A stretch of 63,121 nt of DNA, counting the filler, from Chiloscyllium plagiosum (taxonomy: Eukaryota): assembly GCF_004010195.1 (NCBI RefSeq). It is 3 parts of one record of this genome, joined end to end, with 100 filler letters (N's around TTAATTAATTAA, not from the genome) between each part and the next. Parts side by side here need not be neighbours in the genome. Positions count along the whole stretch, not along the records: positions 1 to 22,780 come from NC_057716.1; 2 more parts are not named here. One strand, 5' to 3'. The position numbers and the translations under genes are program-made. Every line of letters begins with the position of its first letter. Within the stretch, counting starts at the first letter, position 1. The notes beneath the pieces are model-generated. The model saw nothing but the letters and a program-made list of their open reading frames with translations, ran no database searches and was not told where the DNA came from. This document shows, piece by piece, positions 1 through 14,122 of this stretch.

Positions 1-3000
1 TCACTACAATACTCCCGTGTTACAGTGTGCGTTATGATCTTCACTACAATACTCCCATGTTACTGTGTGTATAATAAAGTTCTCGGCAATACTCCCGAGG
101 TAAGTGTATGTAATAAACTTCATTACAACACTACCGTTTTACTGTGTGTGTAATAAACTTCACTACAACCCTCCTGTGTTTCAGACTGTGTAATGAAATT
201 CGTTGTAATACTCCTGTGTTACAGTGTGTGCAATAAACTTCACCAAAATATTCCTGTGTTACAATGTGTGTAATAAACCTCACTACAACACACCTGTGCT
301 ACAAAGTGTGTAAATACTCCTGTGTTACAGTGTGTGCAATAAACTTCACCAAAATATTCCTGTGTTACAATGTGTGTAATAAACCTCACTACAACACACC
401 TGTGCTACAAAGTGTGTAATAAACTTCACTACAATAATCCTGTGAAACAATGTGTAAAAAAGCTTATTACAATACTCCTGTGTCAGAGTGTGTATAATAA
501 ACTTCACTACAACACTCCCGTGTTACAGCATGTAGAATAAACTTCACTGCAATACCCCTGTGTTACAGTGTGTGCAATAAATGTCACTACAATACTCGAG
601 TGTTACAACATGTGTAATAATGTTCACTACAATACTCCCATGTTAAAGTGCGTGTAATAAACTTCACTACAATACTCCTGTGTAACAGTGCGTAATAAAG
701 CTCAATTCAATCCCTTGTTACAGCGTGTAGAATAAACTTCACTACAATACTCTTGTTTTACAGTGTGTGTAGCAAACTTCACTGCAATACTCCTGTGTTA
801 CAGAGTGTGCAATAAATGTCACTACAACACTCCCGTGTTACAACATGTGTAATAATGTTCTCGACAATACTGCTGTGTTACAGTGCGTGTAATAAACCTC
901 ACTACAATACTCCCGTGTTACAGTATGTAATAAACTTCACTACAACCCTCCTGTTTTATAGTGTGTGTAATAAACTTCACTGCAATATTCCTGTGTTACA
1001 GTGTGTGTATTAAACTTCACAACAATACCCCTGTGTTACAATATGTGTTAAAAATTTCACTACAATACTCCCATGTTGCGGTGTGTGTAACAATCTTCAC
1101 TACAACCCACCTGTGTTACCGTGTGTGTAATATACTTCAGTAAAATGCTCCTGCGTTACAGTGCGTGTAATAAAGCTCACTACAATACCCCTATATAACA
1201 GTTTGTATAATAACCTTCACTACAACACACCTGTGTTACAGTGTGCGTAATAAACTTCACTACAACCTTCCTGTGTGTCAGAGTGCATAATAAAAATCAC
1301 TGCAATACTTGTGTGTTACAGTGTGTGCAATAAACTTCACAACAATGCAACTGTGTTACTGTGTAACAAACTTCGCTACAATGCTCGAGTGTTACTGTGT
1401 GTAATAAACTTCTCTACAATACTCTCGAGTTACAGTGCATGTAATAAACTTCACTACAACACTCCTGTGCTACAGTGTGTAATAAACTTCACTACAATAC
1501 TCCTGTGTTACAGTGTGTGTAATACACTTCACTGCAACACTCTTGTGAAACACTGTTGGTAATAAAGTTCATTACAATACTCCTGTAGTAGAGTGTGTGT
1601 AATAAACTTCACTGTAACACACTTGCGTTCCTACNNNNNNNNNNNNNNNNNNNNNNNNNNNNNNNNNNNNNNNNNNNNNNNNNNNNNNNNNNNNNNNNNN
1701 NNNNNNNNNNNNNNNNNNNNNNNNNNNNNNNNNNNNNNNNNNNNNNNNNNNNNNNNNNNNNNNNNNNNNNNNNNNNNNNNNNNNNNNNNNNNNNNNNNNN
1801 NNNNNNNNNNNNNNNNNNNNNNNNNNNNNNNNNNNNNNNNNNNNNNNNNNNNNNNNNNNNNNNNNNNNNNNNNNNNNNNNNNNNNNNNNNNNNNNNNNNN
1901 NNNNNNNNNNNNNNNNNNNNNNNNNNNNNNNNNNNNNNNNNNNNNNNNNNNNNNNNNNNNNNNNNNNNNNNNNNNNNNNNNNNNNNNNNNNNNNNNNNNN
2001 NNNNNNNNNNNNNNNNNNNNNNNNNNNNNNNNNNNNNNNNNNNNNNNNNNNNNNNNNNNNNNNNNNNNNNNNNNNNNNNNNNNNNNNNNNNNNNNNNNNN
2101 NNNNNNNNNNNNNNNNNNNNNNNNNNNNNNNNNNCTACAATTCCCCTGTGTGACAGTGTGTGTAGCCGGAGATGTGTTGCTGGAAAAGCGCAGCAGGTCA
2201 GGCAGCATCCAGGGAACAGGAGAATCGACGTTTCGGGCATAAGCCCTTCTTCAGGAATCCTTTGTTACAGTGTGTGCAATAAACTTCACTACAACACTCT
2301 GTGTTACAGTGTGTGTAATAAACTTACTACAACAGACCAATGTTACAGTGTGTATAATACACTTAACTACAACACTCCCGTGTTACAGTTTGTAGTTAAC
2401 TTCACTACAATATTCCCGTGTTACATTGTGCATAATAGACTACACTATAACACTCCTGTGTTACAGTGTGTGCAACAAACTTCAGTACATTACTCTTGTG
2501 TTACGGTGTGTGTAATAAATTTCACTGCAATACTCCTGTGTTACAGTGTGTGTAACAAAATTCAGTACAATACTGTGTTACTGTGTGTGTAATAAACCAG
2601 TGTGTGTAATAAACTTCAGTAAAATGCTCCTGTGTTAGTGTGTGTAATAAAGATCACAACAGTACTCCTTTGTTACAGTGTGTGCAATAAACTTCACTAC
2701 AACACTCCTGTGTTACAGTGTGTGTAATAAACTTCACTACAACAGACCAATGTTACAGTGTGTATAATACACTTAACTACAACACTCCCGTGTTACAGTT
2801 TGTAGTTAACTTCACTACAATATTCCCGTGTTACATTGTGCATAATAGACTACACTATAACACTCCTGTGTTACAGTGTGTGCAACAAACTTCAGTACAT
2901 TACTCTTGTGTTACGGTGTGTGTAATAAATTTCACTGCAATACTCCTGTGTTACAGTGTGTGTAACAAAATTCAGTACAATACTGTGTTACTGTGTGTGT

Positions 3001-3633
3001 AATAAACTTCACAACAATACTCACAAGTTACAGAGTGTGTAATAAACTTCACTGCAATACTCCTGTGTTTCAGTGTGTGTAATAACGTTAATTACAATAC
3101 TCCTGTGTTAGAGTGTGTCCAATTAACTTCACTGCAATATTCCTGTGTTGCACTGGATGAAATAGACTTCACTACAACACACCCATGTTACAGCATGTGT
3201 AATAATCTTTACTACAATACCCCTGTGTTACAGTGTCTGTAACAAACTTCACTACAATACTCCTGTGTTATAGTGTGCATAATAAACGTCACTACAATAC
3301 TCCTGTGCTACAGAGTGTGTAAAAAACTTCACTGCAGCACTCCTGTGTTACAGAATGTATAATAAATTTCACTACAATACCGCTGTGTTACATTGTGTGT
3401 AATAAACTTCACTACAACACTCCCGTGTTCCAGTGTGTGCAATAAATTTCACTACAACACTCCTGTTTTACATTGTGTGTACTAAACTTTACTACAATAC
3501 CCCTGTTTTACTGTGGGTGTAATAAACTTTACTACAATATTCCCGTGTTACTGTAGGTGTAATATACTTCACTACAACACTCCTGTGGAACAATAAGTGT
3601 AATAAACTTCACTACAATACTCCTGTTTTACAT
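1..3633. repeat. 40-bp minisatellite, consensus AATAAACTTCACTACAATACTCCTGTGTTACAGTGTGTGT; contains a 500-N gap and an HHR element insertion
   Basis: Continuous tandem copies from the window start to ~3633; N-run 1635-2134. ORFs here are repetitive translations (CNKLHYNTPVLQ...). Confidence 0.95.
2168..2258 (-). mobile_element. Short PLE-terminus-derived element with minimal hammerhead motif (family A) inserted in the 40-bp satellite
   Basis: Minus strand ATTC-CTGAAGA-A-GGGC-TTAT-GCCC-GAAA-CGTC-GATTCTCCTGTTCCCTGGATGCTGCCTGACCTG...; near-identical to 54528-54655, 20661-20750 and 62931-63054. Confidence 0.8.
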
Positions 3634-4659
3634 TCACCATCTCGACATGCCCATTTGGTTAAAAGAGACTCTCATCCCACTTAAATTCAATTACTTCAGA
3701 TTCTGGTTAAGAGCCCCTCGTGGTTATGATCCTGACTGATTGTACTGCTGGACAGATAAGATCCTATTCTGAACTTCTGCCTGGTAAATCTTTTCTATTT
3801 ATTTGAGTAAGCATGGTGGACATTCACAGAAACATAGTCACATTCAACTGCACAGTTTCTTTAAGAACAGAAGTTTCTTTCACCAGATTTTAAAATAAAC
3901 CTTATTTATAAACCTTAAAATAAATCTTACCATTATTCACCTATTCCCCATGATTGACTGTGCTCTACATTCTGGGGCTGACTTAGCAGGACAACCCCAA
4001 ATGACCATTGCCCACACCCTGACCTGATGGCTCAACAGTACCTCAACTTACTTGCCTGTAATCGCCAGACTCTTTGCACTTGACCTGTAGCACTCCAACA
4101 CCAGAACTTCCAGGACATGCATTCTAGTACCTGACTGACTATAGTCAACCTCCTGACAAGCCTCTAACTGACTATGTTCCTGCTTCACCACACTAACTCC
4201 TGTTCTCCTTGGACTTTTACACATCATCATTTGCTGGAAGAACATGCAGTCTGTTTGCTGTGTAAGCTGCTGGTGCATACTTTAGATCTGACATTGATAT
4301 CGCCTGATGTCGCACACTGGCGTGAGCGGACTGATTGATAGATGAGTGTTTGGTGCTCCCCACTGTCACCAGCTGCTGCCTCTCCTTTAACACCAATCAG
4401 CAAGCTAAACTGGAGAGCTGGCAGCTCGGAACTGAGCAGACAAGAGCATATACCCTGAGAAAGCAATGTGACCCATACAGAAGAGCTGGCAGCTTCCAAG
4501 TAACCATTAAGGTGTCAGGGCATTAAGAAGGTAAGCTGTGAGTCATAAGCTGCATGTGTTCATGTCAGCACAAAAACTCTCAGTGTAGATGCACGAGATG
4601 CCTGGCTGTTCTTGGAGACAGAGATAAGGAAAGATTTCTTCGGTCACAACATCATTCGC

Positions 4660-5280
4660 ATTTCGAATTCCCTCCCTCAGTAAGCAGCGAGGTTAAGTCA
4701 TTGAAATATTCAAGGCTGAATCAGACAGCTTTTCAATTGACAAGGACAGTAGAGTTATGAAGCACAAGCAGGAAAGTGGAGCTCTGGAACCATCAAATCA
4801 ACCATGATCTGTTAACTGGTGCAGCAAACTCAAGGGAACCAAATAACCTACTCCTCCTCCTACTCCTTATATTCTTACCTTCTTCTAGAGTTGTGCTAAA
4901 CCACTTAAATCACTGATCAGCACGTAGAAAGACCTGAGAAGTCAACACCGTTCTTCATCAGGCTGAGAGGATCAACGAATGAGTTGACTAAGGCCTTCAA
5001 AATGGTTAAGGGTTCTGATGCAGAAATTATTTCCATTGGCAGCAGGGTTTGTAATCAGAGGTTCCCGATTTAAGGCAAAAGAATCAAAACAGAAATTAGA
5101 ATATCTGCTGCTCTTCAATACATTGCTTGAAAGGTTGTTGGAAGGAGATCGATAGTAACTTTCAAAAGGCAATCAGAGTACTTAAAAAAGGAAACTTTAC
5201 ATGACTTTGGGGAAGCAGTACAGGAGTGGTACTAATTGCAACAGGACAGAATGGGCTGAATGATCTTCAGTGCTGTACGG
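4660..5280 (+). mobile_element. Two decayed CR1-type LINE 3' fragments
   Basis: Degenerate CR1 3' motifs (ATATTCAAGGCTGA, GCAGGAAAGTGGAG, ACCTACTCCT, GGGCTGAATGATCTTC) matching better-preserved copies at 8275-9150. Confidence 0.6.
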
Positions 5281-6656
5281 TCACTTGGAATTGTATTGAC
5301 TGAGTTATTCTGCTTTCTTTCCTATTGGCAGTTTACAATTTAATCTACATTCCCATCAGCACTTCATTAATCAGAAATTCGTTTTTTACAGCAGCCTCAA
5401 GCTGTGGTCTGTTTAGCCATAAGTTTGACAACTGTCCTGAAAATATTGATGAAATGGATAATTGTTCCCTGTTCCTTAACCCTCACCACTCCTTCCATAC
5501 TTCAGATAGCTTCACTGTCTTTCCTTCCTAAAATCAACACGAACCAAGAAAGTTTAACTTCCCTTTCCTGTTGTGTTTATTCAGTTAGCAAAAAAGAATC
5601 ATGGGTGGGCAGGGGGCAGGGTTGGTGAGGGGCCCCTAAGATTATAGTATAACAAACCGTAATTTAAAGATTGGTTTTATTTACGAGAAATATGATTGCT
5701 TGAGGCTGCGCAAGTTGATTAAGCACCAGTGATCTCAAATTAGTGAATTTGTCATTGGAGTTAGGGTGAAGCCAAACGTTAAAATTGTTTTGTTGCCACT
5801 TCTCCTTCAAGGTCACCGTATTAGTGATCCATATTCAAACAGTTAGCAAGAAAGGAAAGCCACAGGACTCAGCATTTTCTGTCCCAAGCAAACCCTTACA
5901 TGCAAGATTTAAAAATAAATTACAGGGTTCTACTTGCCTGTTGGGAGGTATCATGGTTTTAGTAAAGTATTTTCTCTCCCATGGTTACACACTATTCCTG
6001 TTCCCTCCAGGAGTTGTTCAGTAACATATGTCACAGAGTACCTTACATGCATTCTAAGGGATTCTTTTCATTTCTATGAGTCTGTGTTCTGGGCCAGTCT
6101 GAAGAATGACTTTGATATTTACAAACAACCACTTGGTGATAAATAGGGACCACCCTGTAATACAAGTCACTGGAGTAGCTTCTGATCCAAGAAGGAAAAT
6201 GTGTATTTATCTTTCAAAAAAAAATACCGTAGACAAGCAAATCCTATTCAAGTTACTCTTTTGAAGCATCTTTATTTCGTTATACTGTATAACAGTTACA
6301 AAGTTATTAACCCAGCTGATTTGCAGAAAATGGTAAGATTTCAAATGACTCTTCCTGTTGCTCTGAAAGTCATAATAGGATGAAAAGTATCCATACATCA
6401 GGATTGTTCTCTGCCTTGCAGACCAGTAGAGTGTACATACAACAAGCATGGGACTGATACGTGTTTGCCAGAAGAATCAGATCTTGCATTTCTCCAGTGA
6501 AGATACCAACTAAACCGTCCACAGAGTTGTTATGTAAATGGATCCATGAACCAAAAGGCTTTCTACTCCATAAATGTGCTGGGATGGATTATAACAAAAT
6601 ACGACTTGACACTGGCAACTGGGGTTGAACAGTTTTCTGTCAAATTGTTTTTAATG

Positions 6657-6675
6657 CTGGCACCAGAGGGCAGAC
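6657..6675 (+). promoter_or_regulatory. Candidate CTCF-like motif
   Basis: CTGGCACCAGAGGGCAGAC resembles the CTCF core CCACCAGRKGGCR with one mismatch at a conserved C. Motif match only. Confidence 0.2.
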
Positions 6676-6719
6676 GATCTTTGAGGTGAGTCACTGTTGT
6701 CAGTAACATGGGGCTTTCA

Positions 6720-7700
6720 CACAGCCTTGCTTGATCCCAGTCCAGATTTTGAAGGCAAGACTGACCGCTCTAGATATGCACGATCTACAGTTTGCTCCTA
6801 ACTGCAGTGCAATTGCCCACACTGTACCAGCTTTCTTCCATTTTGCATGTACTTGAACGTTGTCAAAACAAATATCATATCAACCCACACTTGGTAAGCC
6901 AGATATCCAACTACCATATATGTTAAAGGAGAAACACATGTTCAGCACTTCCCGTAAAGTAGCAGCCAATTCTCTCAACATGTCACTGTTGGCGAAATCA
7001 TCCAACACTGGATCAACTGGGCCAGGTCAACCTCCACTAAACAACAACAGTAAGTGTTTAACAACAAAAACCTTTGCAAGTCAACAAAGAGTACAGAGCA
7101 GTTGCTATCACCATCCTCTTGCTGTGTAGTGGGCCCAGGACTGTATATCAGCAAAGCATAAGACCACGAAGGAAACTCCATCAGCAATACCTCCACTAAA
7201 TCGCATAGATTCAATGGGTTCAATATATTTATTGAATGTATACCAGTGTTCTTGAAGTCAGCTTCCTAAGCATTTGGTAAAAATTGTTATTTCAACTGCA
7301 ATGAAGTGAATATTGAGCTTGAAAGGCCAAAACTTGTATCCCCCTGTGAGGGCCACATCTCTCAAATGCTAATGTTCCAGGGAGGACACTCTGGAGCACT
7401 CCTCAATGCAAGGTAGTATTGACATTAATAACTGGGAGGAGCTTGCTATGCCATTGTTCTGAATGGCGACAACTTGTGCATCAAGTTGCATCACATTTGG
7501 TTCACATCTGAATGATGAGGCAAAGTGGTGGCAGAGAGGGGAAAGAAAGGGATCAAAGTCTATGGTCTGGATCCCACTACCTTTTGGAACATTCTACCTC
7601 ATGTGTCCCTCATTGTGAGGGGTCGAGCCTGTTCAGTCGCATGAAGACTCATACCACATGATCCTGGGTAGACATCATCCTCAAATCAATGCATTGCTCA
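6720..7700 (+). mobile_element. Highly decayed RTE-clade LINE (RT C-terminus to 3' end)
   Basis: Broken translations DLQFAPNCSAIAHT (cf. RTE LLFADDCAL.AHT), EYRAVAITILL (cf. VYRAVVLTTLLY), ERPKL, IDINNWEELA and terminal CPHC..LFSRMKTH. Confidence 0.65.
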
Positions 7701-8274
7701 TGACAAGGATGATCCTGCACATCAAAGGTCATTCAGGGGATTCCATGGTGTTTTTATTCTGCAGCTTTCCAAACTTCTTAAATCATTTGACCTTTTTGGA
7801 CTGAACTTAGAGCCAGGGACACCATTATGCATAATGACTCAAGTAATAAACACCAAACACCAGATACTGAGACCTATGCCACCATTTAAGACTATACCAT
7901 AGGAATAATGCAACAATGCTTTCACTGAATGGACCTTGCGGATAAGATGTTGGTCCAGATCAATTCAGCCTGAATTGGACAGAGAATAGTTTTGAGTGAC
8001 TTAGTATCAGATCCATAAGAATGAATTTTCATAGGCCTTTGGTGGTGGAGTTGAATATGGGGAGACAGTAAAATAGAGATCCATGTTATGCTGGCTCCAT
8101 GCATTCTTGCTGCAGAGAAGCTTTCCAGAGATGGGAATCCAAATAGCTATGTGCTGAACTGGGACAAACAACCCATTATGTTTGTTGAGGCCTCCGTTTA
8201 GGTCCGTTTGCCCCATGGTTATTGCCAGCTCAGTGAAGATAGCCTCTCTGTGGCCGGTTGATGGATCAACAGAG

Positions 8275-9150
8275 CTTAGTAAGCTAATAGTCTGTGCTGT
8301 TGGAAGTATACTGGCATGGAAAGTGGATTGGATAACTCATAGAAGACAGAGATTAAGGAGCCATTTTCAGAATGGCAAGCTATTGCTAGTGGAGTTCCAC
8401 AGGGATGAGTGCTGGGGACATAATTATTTTCAACACATATTAATGACTTGGATATTGGAAGTAAATGTACTACAGCCAACTTTGCAGATGACAAAATGCA
8501 TGAATTTCAAAAAGCCAGCATCCAAGCGCAGCACATTATAGGGAAGGCAAATAGATTGTTGGCCTTTACTTCAAAGAGAATGGGGTATAAAAGTGGGGAA
8601 GTCTTGCTAAAACTATACAAGGCACCAGTCAGGCTACAGCTCGAATACTGTGAACAGTTTTGGGTTCCTTATCTAAAGAAAGTCCAGAGAAGGTTCATCA
8701 CGTTGATCATGGGTATGGAGGAATTTTCATATAATGTTGAATAACATGGCTTGTGCTCATTAGAAGACTGAGAGGCAATTGTATTAAAATATATAAGATC
8801 TTAGAAGGCTAGACCGGCTAAGAGGTTGTATCCCTTGTGGGAGAGTCAAGGACCAGAGCGCATAATCTCAGAGTGAGGGGTCACCAACTGCAGGAGGAAT
8901 TTCTCCGCTCAGAGGATAGTGAATGTGTGGATTTCTTTATAGCAGAGAGCCGTAGAGGCTGGGTCATTAAGTATTTTCAAGGCTGAGACAGACAGGTTGT
9001 TAATCAGTCAGAAATCAAGAGTTATGAGGAAAAGGCAGAAAAGTGGAGTTCAGCATTATCAGGTCAATCATGATCTAATTGAATGGTGGAGCAGACTCCA
9101 TGGGCCGAATGGCCTACCTTCTGTTCCTTTGTCTTATGGTCTATAGTCTT
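8275..9150 (+). mobile_element. CR1-type LINE 3' fragment (RT remnant)
   Basis: ORF 8448-8744 contains FADDK, IIGKANRLLAF, EVLLKLYKAPVRLQLEYCEQFWVPYLKK; CR1 3' end GGCCGAATGGCCTACCTTCTGTTCCT. Confidence 0.9.
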
Positions 9151-9714
9151 ATAGTCAGTGGTTGCTTGCCCTATTGATAAGGTTGCAATAATGAAAGACC
9201 TCAAAGGTATTTAAACCTAACCCAGTGAAGGAATTTTCCCTGCATTGAAATTGACAAAACACCATCAATTTTGAATATTTTTACACTACAGACCAGTCCA
9301 GTGAGGATGTCTCCATTTCAAAGTGCCTTTGTGGTCCTAATTGCCTCAGTGCAGTGTCTATGTGGCCTGAGTAAGGCTGAAGAGGTTCCAAAGCTCTTAC
9401 CCACTGACTGGGCCTGCAGTTTCAAATGTTTGTCTGCCATTCTTCACAGAGAGGCAAGTACAAGAGCACCCACTCAGCAGCTGCCTTCCAGGGATTGCTG
9501 AGGTCATTTTCTTTCCTGTGACTGTGAATTCAGGACCCCTTTGTGACCCTGAAATAGAGGGTTTTAAAGCTTGTTACAATATCTATCTAAAATCAATGCA
9601 TTCTACTACATAAAGGAATAAAGCTGTTCAATCTGTAAGTTCACAGGAATTGGATTGCAATGAGGAGAGAAGGTTATGTATAAGCCAAGACTGTAGTGAG
9701 GATTGAGAACCAGC

Positions 9715-10428
9715 GCTATCAAACAGAGAGACCAAGGCATGAAGGTATCCTTGAAAGTGGCGTCACAAGTAGACAGGGGGTGAAGGCAGTGTTTGACATG
9801 CTTGCCTTCATTAGTCAGACCATTAAGTACAGGAGTTGGGACGTCATGTTCCAGTTGTACAAGACATTATAGCTAGGCCACATTTGGACTACTGAATCCA
9901 ATTCTAGTCACCCTGCTTTAGGAAAGGTGCTATTAAACTGGAAAGGGTGCAAAAAAGATTAACAAGGATCTTATCAAGGTTTGACTTACAAGGAGAGGCT
10001 GGATAGACTGGGACTTTTTTACCCTTGAGTGTAGGAGGCTGAGGGGTGACCTTATAGAGGCTTATAAAATCATGAAGGACATAGATAAGGTGAATAATCA
10101 AGGTCTTTTACCCAGGGCAAATGAATCCAAAACGAGAGGGCATAGGTTTAAGGTTAGAGGAGAAAGATTTAAAAGGGACCCGAGAGGCAATATTTTTACA
10201 CAGAGGCTGATGCATATATGGGACAAGCTGTCAAAGGAAGTGATAGAGGTGGGTACAATTATAACATTTATAAGACATTTGGACAGGTACATGGATAGGA
10301 AGTTATAGAGGGATATGGGCCAAACACAAGGAAAGTGGGACTTGTTCAGTTCAGAAAACTGGGTCAGCATGAATGAGTTGGGCCGAAGGGTCTGTTTACA
10401 TGCTGTCTGATTCCAGGACTTTATGACA
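9715..10428 (+). mobile_element. CR1/HER1-like LINE 3' fragment
   Basis: KTRGHRFKVRGERFKRDPRGNIFTQR...FIRHLDRYM; tail GGGCCGAAGGGTCTGTTT. Confidence 0.9.
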
Positions 10429-11009
10429 TTTCCAGCAGTGGAGCCTTCTTGCTACTCACCAACATTGTTCTTCCAAGAAAATAGCCCAGAGGAGAAAAAG
10501 CAGTTATAAACAGTCATTCTTGGACATGAATATGCTGGAGCTCCATTATGAAGTATACAAGATTATTCACACCAGTACGTGTCATTCCTCAAATTGTCAG
10601 AAAGACATGGCAGTCAAACTGAACTGCCAGCTTTTGAGCCACTCATCAATCTACTCATTTCCCATTCAGCGCATTGTATTTGGTCAATATTTATTTCATG
10701 ATTTCTTTACACCTCATAGATGTTACCATTTAAGAGCGAGATGCCGATTCACTCAACCAACCTTCCAATTAACTCCACTAATTCCAGAAGTTATCCTGGC
10801 CAACACTGCAACCTAAACGTGGATCAAAGACTTCCCTGAGTGGAAGGACCACCTGGGAATGCAAGTTCTTTCTGACTTCAGTCGTCTTTTTGCGGATGCT
10901 TTTGACCATAACCCCATGATCATGCATTCTCCCTGCAACAGTTGGAGCTTCATCCAGTGATGTGGCAACTCAAAATGTGGGCCTGCTCCATGAATCATTT
11001 TCCTTTCAG

Positions 11010-11530
11010 ATTCATTATGTGACGAGATGTGGGCATTACTGGCTGGGCCCGCATTTGTTGTCCACCCCTAACTGTCCTTGAGCAGGTGCTACTGAGGCTT
11101 CTTGAACTGCTGCTGTCCTTGTGGCGTAGGGACACCTAGAATGCTGTTAAGAAAGGAGTTCCAGAATTTTTATCTCGCCACAATGAGAAAATGGAGATAT
11201 AGTGCCAAGTCAGGATGACTTGGGGCTGGCAAGGAAACTTGCAGGTGATATGTTCTCATGCATTTGCCGCCCTTGTCATTCTAGGTGATGGGAATCATGT
11301 GTTTGGGAGTCACTGTCAAAGGAGCCTTAGTGAGTTACTGCTATGTATTGCATACACTAAGTTATTGGTTTAAGATGGTGGATGGGATGCATTTGAAAGG
11401 ACTCGTTTGTTCTGGTTGCCTCCAACATCTTCTCTGTTATTGAAGCTGCACTGATCTAGCCAAGTGGAGAATATTGCACCACACTCTCCTCTTAGTCGCA
11501 AGGTGGGATATTTGCTGCAGAATTCCCAGC
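11010..11530 (-). mobile_element. 3' fragment of a second LINE family (CR1/jockey-like)
   Basis: Homologous to 51755-52077, 58426-58530 and 61417-61535; a plus-strand copy of the same tail lies at 11650-11760. Confidence 0.55.
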
Positions 11531-11974
11531 CACTGACCTACCTCACACACAAGATTATATTATATTGTGGAATACAATTTTGTTGGTGTTGATAACCTAC
11601 TGTCTGCTAACAGTACTGTGGGAATAGTTGCTCCACAAACAAATCAGTTCCTGATTTAGTGGTTCAAGATGTTGGCATATCATCACCTTCATGAGGTCAG
11701 TTGGAAATGGGGCAATAAATATTGACATTGTCAGCAATGCTCACGTCCTGTGAATGAGTGAATCCCAGTTTTGAGCTGTTCGATCAATCCCAATGAGCAC
11801 AATTATGTCACACGCAACAGACGAGAGAAGATAATGCAATGGACACTCCTACCTCAACTGTTGGGTATTCCTATCACTAATATCAGGCATAGAGTATTTC
11901 CAATAAACTGTTTAGTGAGGCAGAGATTAAACAGCTTTTTCCTTTTATTTGATTTAACTTTCCTTTATTTGTCA

Positions 11975-12590
11975 GTGGATTGAGTATAGGGATTGGGCGG
12001 TCATTTTGTGTTTGTACAGGACATTGGTTCAGCCCCATTGCGAGTACTGCATGCAATTCTGGTCTCCCTCCTATAGGAAGGATGTTGTGAAACTTGAAAT
12101 GGTTCAGAAAAGATTCATGAGAATGTTGCCAGGGTTGGAGGGTTTGAGCTATAGGGAGAAGCTGAATAGACTGGGGCTATTTTCCCTGGAACATCAGAGG
12201 CTGAGGGGGGACCTTATAGAGGTCTATAAAATCATGAAGGGCATGGATGGGCTAAATAAGCAAGGTCTTTTTTCCTGACATGGGGAATCCAGAGCTAGAG
12301 GCCATAGGTTTAAGGTGAGATGGGAAAGCTATAAGAGGGATCTAAGGGGCAACTTTTTTCACACAGAAGCTGATCCGTGTATGAAATGAGTTGCCAGAGG
12401 AAATGGTGGAGGCTCGTATGATTATAGCATTTAAAAGGCATCTAGATAGGCATATGAATAGGAAGGGTTTAGAGGGATGTGGGTTAGGTGCTGGCAAAGG
12501 GGACTAGATTTTTATTGGATATTTGGTTGGCATTTATGAGTTGGGCTGAAGGGTCTGTTTCTGTGTTGTATATCTCTATGACTCTATGAC
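11975..12590 (+). mobile_element. CR1/HER1-like LINE 3' fragment
   Basis: LYRTLVQPHCEYCMQFWSPSYRKDVVKLEMVQKRF...LRGDLIEVYKIM; tail with (TCTATGAC)n. Confidence 0.92.
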
Positions 12591-13714
12591 ATTGCCTGCT
12601 ATAGGTCCTTCCTGACTCAACCTGCTCAGTCTGTATTGGACTAATTGAACGACCTTTGGTGATATATGTTGAAGAAGAGATATGAAGAAAGGTAACAAAG
12701 GTCAGAAAACCTGTGAGAATAGGGGGAATGTGTGGCGCTAACAGTAGGACTGTTGCTTCTGAGCAACAGTGATCCTAAAATTACAGGTCCCAACTCAACT
12801 TGAGAAAGCCCTGCCATAAGGTGTGATTCTGGCAGTCTGGGGTACTTGCCTATGGAACAGCTATCCTACTTTTGGCTTCCAAAATATTTGTGAAGATCAT
12901 TTTGCAAGGTCTAAGGGAAGTGTGCCTTTATCATGTCCAGTGGCCTCATTAGGGTAACGCACCGGAAATCAAGACCCAGTATTCCTGAAATACATCACAA
13001 AAGTTACAAAATTTTAGGAAGTATGCAGAATTTCCCAGTTTACCTTCTTTTAGACCCAGGTTGACCAAAAACATGAACCAGGTTTCTATACTTGGCAATA
13101 ATTAATATTTATTACAAATAAATAGTCTAACTGCAGATAAGCAATTCTGAAGTGTTGACATATAATTCTATTAGTTTAAACTCTAACCCCCTTATAGACT
13201 AACCCCTACAAATACATATAGACAGGCACAGACAGGGTAAAAAAACATTGGTGTTATGGGCAGAGGGAAAGAATGGGAATGAAGTTCAATAATCCCTGTA
13301 CACAGGGTTTGATTGAGAGACTCATTTTAGATTATCTGGACATGCAGCTCTGTGATGCCCCTTCTCCAGGCACTTGCCTGCACAAGGCATAAGGTGGCTA
13401 GCTCGCACTCACAAATTCCCTGATTTATTGGTTGAAAACCATAACTCATGGCAACTGATGAGAGAATAATTCACTGGCTTTCTTGATGTGGTTTTTACTG
13501 GATAGAAGAGGCACAGTTCCTGACCATTTGGAGACTTGATGGCTTCTCCGTCAAACATTCACATGGCCGTTGGCAGGCAAGAAGCCCTTTGTCCTCAGTA
13601 ACTGGTCATTAGTCCACAGACCAATCAGCTACTTGTTGCTGTCTGTAGCGCCACTTATACATATCCTTCAGCTCCAGCTTATCTGCAGTTAGACTTATCC
13701 CACTGCTTGAACAA

Positions 13715-14122
13715 ATAAACCCGGGTTCTTTACTTCGGAGGAGAGAAGTTTGAAGGGGTCCTCTTCAAGGTATAAGATTATGAGGGGCATGGATATGGTG
13801 GATAGCAAATAGCTGCTTTCCTTCGTCAAAGGTTCAAGAACAAGGGGTACACTTTTAAAGTAAAAGGCAGGATATTTAGAGAAAAATATTTTTCTTCCAG
13901 GTGGTAGTGGGGGCCTGGAATGCACTGCTTGGAAGGGCAGTTGAGGCGGGTAACCACAATCTTTTAAAAATATACACTCGTTTGAGCACTTGAAGTGTCA
14001 AAGCATTCAAGGCTTTGGACCTTGTGAGGGAAATTGGGATTAGTGTTGTTCATAGTGTTCTTCTTGCTGGGACAGACTTGATGGACCAAAGAGCTTCTTC
14101 CATACTGTATGATTCCATGATT
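13715..14122 (+). mobile_element. Decayed CR1 3' fragment
   Basis: GTATAAGATTATGAGGGGCATGGAT...GACTTGATGGACCAAAGAGC...TGTATGATTCCATGATTCTA tail. Confidence 0.75.

Noticed and set aside
1572..2242. Long ORFs spanning N-runs (also 35215-35763, 48129-48865)
   Set aside because: Their length is an artefact of ambiguous bases.
1..3633. CRISPR-like periodicity and Cys/His-rich zinc-finger-like ORFs
   Set aside because: Units are contiguous with no unique spacers, no cas genes are present, and the 40-bp period shifts frame each unit.
13020..13700. Possible solo LTR on the minus strand (TTTATT, CCAAT); similar impression at 3640-3950
   Set aside because: No TG...CA ends, TSD or second copy identifiable from this window.
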